From Basidiobolus meristosporus CBS 931.73 (lineage: Eukaryota > Fungi > Basidiobolomycota), in contig MCFE01000306.1 in NCBI GenBank assembly GCA_002104905.1, forward strand, positions 1 through 64,000: a DNA stretch of 64,000 nt, written 5' to 3'. A program made the position numbers and the translations under genes. Shown piece by piece: positions 1 through 8,869 of the stretch. Position 1 is the first letter of the stretch, and every line of letters starts with the position of its first letter. The notes beneath the pieces were generated by a model. The model did not search any database, was not told the origin of the DNA, and saw only the letters and a program-made list of their open reading frames with translations.

Positions 1-465
1 AGTCTTTGCTCTTTGACCTATAGATTTCAGTTGTCTAAGATTTGGAGTATTGACTTCATTGGCAAAAACGCAGTGGAGTTCACATTATCAGCTACATATG
101 TGCACTCTTTTGTGTCTAAAGTAAAGATATTCCCATTCTTGACTTTACTTCCAAGGGTGAATCCTATCAAGCCCTTGGATCAGAATGCTTCACCTAATGT
201 TGCAGCACAAGTAAAGGCTGCATACACTAGGAGAATTAGTAATTCCTACTGCCTCTCAAGGAACCCCCTGTATAAGTCCTACTTGGCTGACTTGGCCAAA
301 GAATGTGGTATTGCCCTGGTATGTGAGGAGCCTGCAAGTAACATCTCTGCTACTAAATGTCCCCCTAACCCAGATGAGATAGTCATAGAAGAGCCTATGC
401 TAGGCATTGACACCTCTTCTGCCTCAGCTAGTACCTCCAAGTGTGCTCCCCAGAAATGCCAATGA
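1..465 (+). CDS. LINE ORF1 (gag-like), partial; frame is open from base 1
   Basis: Open frame 1-465 directly upstream of and overlapping ORF2. The segment 'LTYRFQLSKIWSIDFIGK' resembles 'ALKACNIQLSRIVNLA' in the ORF1 relic of element B. Confidence 0.65.
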   Translation, partial: SLCSLTYRFQLSKIWSIDFIGKNAVEFTLSATYVHSFVSKVKIFPFLTLLPRVNPIKPLDQNASPNVAAQVKAAYTRRISNSYCLSRNPLYKSYLADLAKECGIALVCEEPASNISATKCPPNPDEIVIEEPMLGIDTSSASASTSKCAPQKCQ

Positions 466-3455
466 CTAATTGCTCTTCTATGAAAATTGGTTTCTGGAAT
501 TGCCAGGGTCTAAGTATTCACAAATGGACACAAGTATTGGACTTTATTAACAAGCCTTTTGATTTGATATTTCTTGCTGAAACCTGGTTTGTAGACCAGG
601 CTTTACATACATCTCACCCCTCATATCTTACTACTTCTAAAAGAACCTACCCTAAACCTAAGACAGGCCATGAGAAGGCTGGCCTCCTCTGCTTAATATC
701 ACCAAACTTGAGACCTTATGTGTCAAAGGTTGTCTCCACAGATCATACTCTCTCTATCACTTTGCTCTCTACCACTATCATGGCTGTTTACTTTCCTCCA
801 AGTATGACATGCACCACAGTGGCCTCATATCTACCACTTCAGGCTCCAGCCCTGCTACTTGGTGACATCAACACTCACTTTGGTAGTAACTTTGGCTCCT
901 CAAGAATTGGTCCAAAATCCAGAATTGACCTTTTTGAGAGCTTTACCTTGAAGCTAGGACTTGATCATCTTGTCCCTAACCCATCAGGAAACACACCAGA
1001 CCATGCCTTTGTTAGGTATGACCACACTGCCCAATGGACCTGTTGCCATGATCTTGCCAAAAATCTCTCAGACCACCTCTTTATGATGGCTGAGCTCAGC
1101 TTCTTTGATGCCAAGCAACTCACTTTTCCAGTCCATCTTTCTGACTCTTCAAAGTTTTATCTATATGGAATAGATAAGCAAGTAACTCAGAGCCTCTTGA
1201 ACTCTGCATATTCACAACATTCCACCTCTCTTCTCAGTGTGAAAGCACACCTTGCCTCTTTGTCCTCTGATATGCCTATCAGAAGACTCTCTGCAGCTGT
1301 GGATGCTGCATTCACTATGTTCTACTCTCTTCTAATCTCAATATGTGAGACCTGCCTTGGGAGCTACTCTGTTCAGGCAGCTAAGTCCAGACCAAACAGA
1401 GGTGCTAGTAATGTGCTCAATCAGCTCAACAACACCTCTGCTGCCAGCAAAGCTTCATTACTTTTCAAGCAAGCTCTGAAGTTCTGTAATGTGGATACTG
1501 CCATAAGCTCAAGAGATCCAAGTGTCTCTGCTTTGGATGATGCCTCCCTTTATTTTCAAGAAGTCTTTGCTACCCCTGCTGTTGAGCTCCTGCTGCATGG
1601 TCATGCACCTGGTTTTGGCACTCCCTTTACAGACTCAATAGCTGAGACTGAGTGGTTCTCCACAAAGACTCTTCACAAGATAATCAGAAAATATCCTGCT
1701 TCAAAATCTTCAGGAATGGACCCATTACATATCAGGATTATTAAGGTCCTGGCATGCAACTCAAGCTTTCTAGATGATCTGAGATTCTTCTTTCAGAAAT
1801 TTCTCATTCTGGGATGTACTCCCACCCAGTGGAACTTATCTCATATTCATCCAATTCCAAAGAAACTAGAGTCTTCTACAATTGATGGCTTAAGACCAGT
1901 GGCCTTGACCTGCATGCTCAGAAGATTATTTGAAGCATGCTTACTTAAATACATCAACTCTACAGATGTATCTAGATTTCACCCTTCACAAGCAGGCTTC
2001 AGAAAAGGCTTTTCAACAGTAACCCATTCTGTTGTTTCCCATGATGGATTTTTCCTGGCTGAAGACTACAAGTGGCCTCACAGAGTCTTCATTGACCTAA
2101 AGCAAGCCTATGACAGAGTTATTGTACCAATACTCCTCAAAAAACTGGTAGTCTTGAAGGCCTCTGAGCAGCTCATCAGACTGGTACACTCCTTATTCAC
2201 CTCATGCTACTCCACAGTGAGTGTCAATCAGGTAGTGTCATCTCCCTTTCAAAGGCATAGGGGCCTCTTCCAAGGCTCTCTGCTCTCCCCATTCCTATTC
2301 AATTTTTACATTGATGACTTGGCTGAGTCCTTGAATCAGACTGACTCACTCTCCCATATTCCCTCTGCCCTGCTGTTTGCAGATGACATAATGCTCCTCC
2401 CAAAGGATAGAGAACATGCCAATCACATGCTGGAATGTCTTAGAGTTTGGTGCCACAACAATGGTATGCAGGTGAATGTTGCAAAATCTGCTTATGTTGG
2501 TCCCTCAGCACAATGGAGTCTTTGCTTAGATGGAGTAGCACTTCCTGCTCCCAGTTATTACAACTATCTAGGCCTACCTGTATGTAGCACTGGTGTTGAT
2601 TGGCAACTTTATGTTGACAAATGTATATCAAAAGCTCTTGCACTACTGAGAACTTTGCAGGCAAAAGGTTCAAGATGGCCCCCCCTTGTTAGACTGCAAT
2701 TATTCAAATCCTTCCTAAGATCTTGCTGGGAGTACTCTGCCCCAATGATGCACTTCACTCTCAGCCCTGATATCTTGCACAGAATTGAACTAGTACAAAG
2801 GGAAAGCTTAGGCTGGGTAGTAAGTTCTTCTTTGTATCATACTAAACAGTACCATAGATTGATTCAAAGCTTGACTGGCATTGAATCAGTATCCCAGAGA
2901 TTTGAGACTTTAAGTATCAGGTTTGGCCAGCACTTTGCAAAGTCTAGCCCTGACAACCCATTGAGGGCTTTGGTAGATGCCATTGTAGGAAGAAGAATAG
3001 ACACTACTCCAAACTCTTTAATCAAAAAAGGAGTACATTGCCCAGCTGGCTACAAACAATATGTACTAGCCAACAGCAGTGCACCTCCTGGTGGACAGAT
3101 TCCCCTTTGGGTTGCAATGCATCAAAGGGGACTTCAGAATATACCACAAGTTACTACATCAAGGGATAGAATTAGGCTTATCAGAAAAGACAGTAGACAC
3201 ACACATAGTGGTGCTGATGTGTCATTGTACCTGAAGAGCACCTTCTATTCCCTCCAGGCTATAAGATGGAGGATGAATACCATATGTCTGGGCTCCAAGT
3301 GCCCAATCTGCAAGCAGCCCTTCTACTATACTCATGCTGAAAGATGCTTTGAATTCAAGGATACTGATGCACTCTTCCAGTTTCATACTCAGAGAGCTTT
3401 GGTCAGAAGACTAAATTGCATAATAGCTGCAATTAGACCTGAGCTTCTGCCTTGA
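456..3455 (+). CDS. LINE ORF2 polyprotein: apurinic/apyrimidinic endonuclease + reverse transcriptase + C-terminal CCHC knuckle
   Basis: APE motifs GFWNCQGL, LAETW, LLGDIN, PDH, SDH. RT motifs QAGFRKG, FIDLKQAYDRV, GLFQGSLLSP, LFADDI, YLGL. C-terminal CPICKQPFYYTHAERC. About 1000 codons without a stop; first in-frame ATGs at 456 and 462. Confidence 0.95.
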   Translation: MPMTNCSSMKIGFWNCQGLSIHKWTQVLDFINKPFDLIFLAETWFVDQALHTSHPSYLTTSKRTYPKPKTGHEKAGLLCLISPNLRPYVSKVVSTDHTLSITLLSTTIMAVYFPPSMTCTTVASYLPLQAPALLLGDINTHFGSNFGSSRIGPKSRIDLFESFTLKLGLDHLVPNPSGNTPDHAFVRYDHTAQWTCCHDLAKNLSDHLFMMAELSFFDAKQLTFPVHLSDSSKFYLYGIDKQVTQSLLNSAYSQHSTSLLSVKAHLASLSSDMPIRRLSAAVDAAFTMFYSLLISICETCLGSYSVQAAKSRPNRGASNVLNQLNNTSAASKASLLFKQALKFCNVDTAISSRDPSVSALDDASLYFQEVFATPAVELLLHGHAPGFGTPFTDSIAETEWFSTKTLHKIIRKYPASKSSGMDPLHIRIIKVLACNSSFLDDLRFFFQKFLILGCTPTQWNLSHIHPIPKKLESSTIDGLRPVALTCMLRRLFEACLLKYINSTDVSRFHPSQAGFRKGFSTVTHSVVSHDGFFLAEDYKWPHRVFIDLKQAYDRVIVPILLKKLVVLKASEQLIRLVHSLFTSCYSTVSVNQVVSSPFQRHRGLFQGSLLSPFLFNFYIDDLAESLNQTDSLSHIPSALLFADDIMLLPKDREHANHMLECLRVWCHNNGMQVNVAKSAYVGPSAQWSLCLDGVALPAPSYYNYLGLPVCSTGVDWQLYVDKCISKALALLRTLQAKGSRWPPLVRLQLFKSFLRSCWEYSAPMMHFTLSPDILHRIELVQRESLGWVVSSSLYHTKQYHRLIQSLTGIESVSQRFETLSIRFGQHFAKSSPDNPLRALVDAIVGRRIDTTPNSLIKKGVHCPAGYKQYVLANSSAPPGGQIPLWVAMHQRGLQNIPQVTTSRDRIRLIRKDSRHTHSGADVSLYLKSTFYSLQAIRWRMNTICLGSKCPICKQPFYYTHAERCFEFKDTDALFQFHTQRALVRRLNCIIAAIRPELLP

Positions 3456-3659
3456 AATATCTGTACCACTAACACAAATGATTACCAGCTACTATGAGAT
3501 TACCTTAGCCCTTTCATGTTCAAACCACTTTGACATAATTTTCACACTCTGAACACTCCCAGCTATCCCTCTTGCTTACACAGGCTTCACATCAGCTAGT
3601 ATTGGCTCCTTTAGCATGTATCTTCCATTACAATACTCATTATCCCAATAAAGCACTAG

Positions 3660-3684
3660 AACCCTAACCCTAACCCTACCCTAA
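3660..3684 (+). repeat. Telomeric-type repeat tract (CCCTAA)~4 with one variant unit
   Basis: AACCCTAACCCTAACCCTACCCTAA at the junction between element A's 3' end and element B. Confidence 0.9.
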
Positions 3685-3686
3685 AG

Positions 3687-4459
3687 TGTTTACAGAACAA
3701 CTGGATAGTGAACTCTGTTCCTCCCAGAAAACCTGCTTCCACTGCCTTCTCCCAGGTGACCTCAGTTCCTGCTTCAGTCTCTGCCTCTCCACCTGCACCA
3801 GCTGCCCCACCTCTACAGTCACCTCAGCTATACCTCAGACTTATGCAGGCAAGGTTCTAGCAAGAATTATCAGCACATCCAGCTCCAGTACTATTCAGCA
3901 AGACACATCCAAGAAAACCTTCTACTGAGAATGTGGACTCCAATCTGACTACTGCAGCTCCATTGCAACACAGAAGGACTGAGAAACCAGCAAACCTACC
4001 ACCAGCTTCTACCTGGACTGTGGTGTACTTGAAGCAAGTTCCCTGGACTCCCATTTCCAACATCAGGAAGCACTCAAGGCATGCAATATTCAGCTCTCAA
4101 GAATTGTCAACCTGGCCTGAGAAAAGGACAGATTCTGGAGTTATCCTAGACCAAAACATTGCTGACCATTTGTTGCCTTTGTGGAGAAGACCTTAACTGG
4201 CTGAAAACTGACTTCAAGATAGTGCCTGAAGAATCATGAATCCTCTGACTCTCTACTGTTCAACAAGCTCCAGCCCATGTTGCCATTCTGTCTTTCTTTG
4301 CTGCATCAAGAGACAAGCTCCTCTATGATGTGCATACTTCCTCAAGAATCATGCATTTCCCTCCTTGCTGACTTAAGTGATGCACCATTTGAAGAGCTCT
4401 GGGACTCTGCAGGTCACATTGTCAATGCTGCCTCTGAAGAAGCTACAACCTCTGCCTGA
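3687..4459 (+). pseudogene. Element B ORF1 relic (stops and frameshifts)
   Basis: Frame from 3687 reads CLQNNWIVNSVPPRKPAS...WTVVYLKQVPWTPISNIR, with internal stops. The last fragment 4277-4459 ends just before the APE start. Confidence 0.55.
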
Positions 4460-7230
4460 CTACCTGAAGTTCTGTTGCTTAACTGCAACAGCATACAGCC
4501 ATCAAGACCAACTCTAGAGAGACTTCTTTCAAGATTTTCCCTCCTGTGTTTGATTGATGTCCAGCTACCCTCTATACTTTTGACTAATCTATATTGCTTT
4601 TCTACTCCTAGAACAAAGAATACCTCCTCTATCTGCTTCATCTCTTCTACCATCGAATACTCCTCAGCTCTGTGTTCCTCTTTACTCCCCTTACTGTGCT
4701 GCTCTCCAGTTGCCAACTATCAGTCTGGTGCTCTGCTATCTGCCTCCAAGTCTTGCCCTTCAGGAAGTGCAAGTTATATGCCAGAAGGTTCAGCAATACC
4801 AACAATCTATATCAACACCTGTTATCTTGCTTGGAGATCTCAACATTCCCCATCCTGAGAACAAGACTACTCTGACTGCAAGAATGAAGCCAAGGTCTAC
4901 ATTCCTACTGAACTTCCTGAGAGAAAGCCACCTGCTAGCACTAGGTGCTCAATCTGAGAAAAGATGTGTTGACTGGATCTGCCCTTCTGCTGCTGCTCTC
5001 TACTTTGTGAATGAAGTCAAGCAATTCTCTGGAGCTGAGCTAGGATCCTTGAGAGCCTCTGACCACCCTAGCCTGGTCCCTTTCTATGCAACCAGTTGTG
5101 AAGAAGAAGCTGCCAAAACTTACTGTGCTCACCCACAAAGCTACCAAGAATCAGAAGAAAGACTTTGGGAACTACTTGAAGCTTGCCAGTTTGCTACTTT
5201 CTCTGCCAGATGATCTCAACTATGCCTGGCTCTTTGTGAAGCATCTGATTCTGGTGTCTGCCTCCCTCTCACTGCCATGCAAGACTACTGCTGTTACCTC
5301 AAGAAAATGGGAATCCATTGTTTCAGCCCTGCAACAAAGCTACCTGAGTTTCCCTAACCCAAAAACAGAGAAACTCCTCCTGACAGCAATACACCACTCC
5401 AAGGCAATTCACCACACTCTGCATACTCAGCTCTGGGATCATATTATGAGTTCCTTGCCTCTGCAATCTTCCAACTCTATAACAAGAACAGTATCAAGAC
5501 TCTACAGGGCAATGAGGCCCTCTTCCAGGAAGTTACCTTCAACAGAACAGCTGGCTAACATCTTCTTCTCTACAAAGCAGTACTCAACTCCTGGCTTTCA
5601 TCCTGACTTCAAGACTCTGCCCATCCCACTTGCACTTGATCAAAGGAGAATCCATAATGTGCTCAAGAGGCTTCCCAACTCTACTGCTCCAGGTGTGGAC
5701 ACAATCTCCTATGAGCTTCTGAAGACTAGTACCAAGGCCATGTCTGCACTTCTGCTTCCACTGTTTCAGCAATGCTTCAGCCCAGCTTTCTACTCCTGAG
5801 AATGGTCCTTTGCAAATGTTCTGCCACTGTACAAGGGTAAAGGAAAGCACCTGGATCCTAGCTCCTACAGGCCAATATCTCTGCTGCCCACCTGCAGAAA
5901 GGTGTTTGAGCTTCTGCTTGCTCAGGAGCTCTACTCTGACTCCCTCAAGTTTCATCCTGCACAGTTTGGCTTTGTTCCTGGCCTCTCCTTGGAATATGCA
6001 GTCATACTTAGCCAAGATCACTCTCTCCAGTGCAAGTATCCCTCTGTTCTGTTTGATATTACTAAGGCCTTTGATTCAGTTGACAGAAATCTGCTTTGGT
6101 CCAAGTTGCAATGCTTCTCCAGTACCTCTCTCACCCTCCTTGTCAGGTCTCTGTTTCTGGATCCACAAGCAAGAATTCTGCACCCAAGTGAGCAATCAGC
6201 TGTGTTCTCAGTTCCTAATGGAGTGGTTCAAGGCTCTGTGCTTGGTCCTATACTGTTTGCCATCTTCCTGAATGATTTCCCAAGACTCTCAGCTGACTGC
6301 CTGGTTACTCTCTTTGCTGATGACATCAGAATATCCTCCTCCAATGTGCAACAAGACTCCCAGACCATCCACCAGTATCTGCAGAAGAATAATCTCCAGC
6401 TTTCCATTGCAAAGACAGTACCTTTGGGCTCTCCCATCAACTTGGAGAACTCCACTCTACCTGCTCAGGTTTCTGCTACATATCTTGGCTTTCCTTTCCT
6501 TCCTACTGGACTAGACTCTGGAGCACACCTGAAGAAGAGAATTATCCTGGCAAGACAGGCACTCCACAAGCTACTGGCTGTTACTCCTCCTACAACTTCA
6601 GCTCCCAGCTGCCTCCTTCTACTCAAGCAGTTTGTCTTCCCTGTCCTGGAATTTGGCTTACCACTTCTCTCTCTTACTTCTAGAGACTGCACTAAGCTTG
6701 ACAAGTTTGCAGTATGGTGCATTACCTCCTTGGTGCCTCATTTGCCTGAATGCCCCTACAGACATGCTATTCTTGGTGCTTTTGGGTTTATGCCCTATAA
6801 GATCAGACTTCTCTACCTTAGAACCAGATTATACCTCAGACTTCACAACTGCAACAACCCACTGATTAAGGCCTGGAAGAGAACACACCACACAACACCT
6901 GGCTCCTGCTGGAGAACTATACTTGGAGATCCTGAAGTCAAGAAGTTTGCTCACTATATTCTGCAGTCAGAAAAACCCAAGCTGGCCTACCTGAAGTACT
7001 TGACAGACCTTTGGCAGCAATATCTGCAGCAGCACACTCCCTTTATGATGAATATCAATCCTTATCACATTCCCCTCATTAATGTTGTTCACAAGTCATT
7101 CTTACCTCTCTTGCTACCCCCCTTCCCACTGAACAGTGTCTTGAGCACTGAAGAACTATCATCACTTCTTATTAACTTACCTACAAATTCCCCTCAGCTA
7201 CACACTCTTGTATCAAAGCTACAACAGTAG
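4460..7230 (+). pseudogene. Element B ORF2 (APE-RT) with several frameshifts
   Basis: ORF-track fragments 4475-4858, 4710-5213, 5086-5799 and 5902-7230 tile the APE and RT domains in order. Confidence 0.85.
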
Positions 7231-7287
7231 CGCTGGCTTCTTTGTTTCAACTGAAATAAAGATTTCACCAGTTGGTGACTGTCTCCC

Positions 7288-7309
7288 CCCTAACCCTAAC
7301 CCTAACCCT
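7288..7309 (+). repeat. Telomeric-type repeat tract (CCCTAA)3CCCT
   Basis: CCCTAACCCTAACCCTAACCCT directly after element B's 3' hairpin. Confidence 0.9.
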
Positions 7310-7402
7310 TCTAAACTTCTTAATTGGCTTCTTTATTTGTACTTATATTAGTTCTTGACTCAAATAAAGATTTCACCAACTTGGTGACTTTCCCTCCCCT
7401 AA

Positions 7403-7602
7403 GTTTTTTGAAGTTTTCTAAGCAGCCCTAAACTTTGCACACATGCTTTTGAAACCTTTTTAAGCATATTTCACATGTTTGTTTTGCCAAGACCATGTAA
7501 AAGTATAGATACCACTCTTACCCTCAGTAAATCATTAAGTGAAAACCATATAATCTACTTGTTCTCCCAATCACTTCCAACATTTCCAAAACTCTTAAAA
7601 CA
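7403..7602 (+). mobile_element. 3' half of a Ty1/copia LTR (same family as the LTRs at 29.2, 45.5, 46.3 and 59.8 kb)
   Basis: Matches 46460-46653, e.g. CAGCCC(T/C)AAACTTTGCA, CCATGTAAAAGTATA, AAGTGAAAACCA(T/C)ATAATCTACTTG. Ends ACTCTTAAAACA, equivalent to the LTR end ACTCTTACAACA. Confidence 0.75.
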
Positions 7603-8460
7603 CTGGCTTCTTTGTTTGTTCTAGTCTAGGCTGCAAATAAAGATTTTGCCAATTCATGGTGACTTTCCCTCCTCCTATGTGGTTCACTTGTGAAAAAGCT
7701 ACCCATATAGCACTTGGCTTCTTTATTTTGAGTTATTGAAATACAGACTTCACCTGTTGGTGTTTGTCATTCCTAGCCCCTAAGCCAAGGTAAGCACTGT
7801 TGAGTTTTAGGTGAAAATATCGCCAAATAAAACCTTCAGCCATTGTAGATACTGTGGCTTATGCTTAGGTGAGTCCGAATATTTTTGTGGTGGGCGAATC
7901 TTATATTATGATGAACGGACTCCAATTGTGCCACCCATTTCGATGACAAATTCAGATACTGGGTAATGCATGCTCACCGGAGAATAATTTATAAAGGACC
8001 CTGTATCTTGCTTGCTCGACCCCACGGAAACACTGACAACGGTATTGTAATTCACTTTTTGTGGTGTTTTCAAAAGGTTTGCGAACGACGTAATCACATC
8101 GAAGGCTAGTTTATATGATGGCTACGGTAAGAAGCGTGTTCATAATACGAGTACTATCAACACTAGAATATATCCTCGTATACGCCTAGAGGCTATTGGG
8201 AGGGCTAGATAGACAGTGACTCTTGGTTATGCAAGTGGATGAGCTCTCGGAGGTTAAATCAACTGAGAAATACTAAACCTTGGCTAGCAGCCAGCCTGTA
8301 TGTTGTAAGGAATAGGGGCAAATATATGACCACATCGTTCTAAATAGAGTAACCTTTCCGAACTAGCCACATGCTTAAATCTACGGTTGAAGAAACGCAT
8401 CAAGCATTAAAGTCAGGGAAATGCATATGTACGTGACAATAGATACCCAACCAAATAATC

Positions 8461-8468
8461 ATATAAAA
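8461..8468 (+). promoter_or_regulatory. Putative TATA box
   Basis: ATATAAAA about 50 bp upstream of the ATG at 8516. Confidence 0.4.
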
Positions 8469-8515
8469 GGTGTCAAGCGAAACGGATATCAAACATCCAA
8501 CTACCTCTACCTAAT

Positions 8516-8869
8516 ATGCTTCGCAAATTTTTTGGCCTTCTAGCGGTACTAGCTTATTTAAGCTTGGCATCCGCCGAAATATTCATCTCCAATCCCATTG
8601 AATCCACTAAATGGCGACAAGGCACTGATGCAACAATCGAGTGGAAAATTGATGCCGCGGACACCACAAAAACAATCACCATCGAGCTTCGTGAAGGCCC
8701 CAAGGCTAACCTGGCACTCACCTATATAATTGCCAAAAATGTGGATGCAAACGAGGAGTCTCACAGCTGGATGGTTCCAATGGACTTGGCCCCTGGAGAC
8801 AAGTATTCCGTCCGTGTGATAACCGACAATGGATCAGAACACTACAGCCACTACTTCACGATCTACTAA
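8516..8869 (+). CDS. Small secreted protein, Kre9/Knh1-like N-terminal (Ser-Thr-rich GPI-anchored family, PF10342-like) domain only
   Basis: Signal-peptide-like N-terminus (MLRKFFGLLAVLAYLSLASA). Pattern I..P.....W..G....IEW...GPKANL...IA..V......W.VP..L.PG..YS.....YSHYFTI is typical of this fold. Intronless, 117 aa. Confidence 0.7.
   Translation: MLRKFFGLLAVLAYLSLASAEIFISNPIESTKWRQGTDATIEWKIDAADTTKTITIELREGPKANLALTYIIAKNVDANEESHSWMVPMDLAPGDKYSVRVITDNGSEHYSHYFTIY

Larger units (their letters stand above)
1..3660 (+). mobile_element. Non-LTR retrotransposon (LINE) 'element A': ORF1 (5' end outside window) + intact APE-RT-CCHC ORF2 + ~200 bp 3' UTR ending at telomeric repeats
   Basis: Two overlapping ORFs. 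ORF2 has APE, RT and CCHC motifs. AATAAA at 3647-3652 is followed by (ACCCTA)n from 3661. There is no poly(A) tail and no LTR. Confidence 0.92.
3685..7287 (+). mobile_element. Non-LTR retrotransposon 'element B': 5'-truncated, frameshifted/decayed ORF1 + APE-RT ORF2, ending at telomeric repeats
   Basis: ORF fragments carry APE motifs (LLNCNSI, YLPPS, LLGDLN, DWI, SDH) and RT motifs (APGVD, YRPISL, QFGF, FDITKAFDSV, GVVQGSVLGP, LFADDI, YLGF) across at least 3 frames. It starts inside a Pro/Ser/Ala-rich ORF1 relic immediately after the telomeric tract. Confidence 0.9.
7234..7786 (+). repeat. Four direct copies of the LINE 3'-tail module TGGCTTCTTT..AAATAAAGATTTCACCA(N)TTGGTGACT..CCCCTAA (7234-7309, 7325-7402, 7604-7677, 7714-7786)
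   Basis: Visible by eye. Copies become more degenerate rightwards. Each ends in a CCCCTAA-like remnant. Confidence 0.8.

Noticed and set aside
645-661. Telomere-like ACCTACCCTAAACCTAA inside element A
   Set aside because: Lies within the APE coding frame (TYPKPK) and is imperfect, so probably coincidental.
1-7290. Assignment as Penelope-like (Athena/Coprina) or MoTeR telomeric elements
   Set aside because: Both ORF2s have an N-terminal APE domain and LINE-type RT motifs. No GIY-YIG or restriction-like endonuclease motifs were seen.
7234-7786. Repeat-spacer-like pattern with palindromic repeats (CRISPR-like)
   Set aside because: Eukaryotic context, irregular spacing, one 'spacer' is an LTR fragment, and no cas genes. 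Better explained as reiterated LINE 3' ends.
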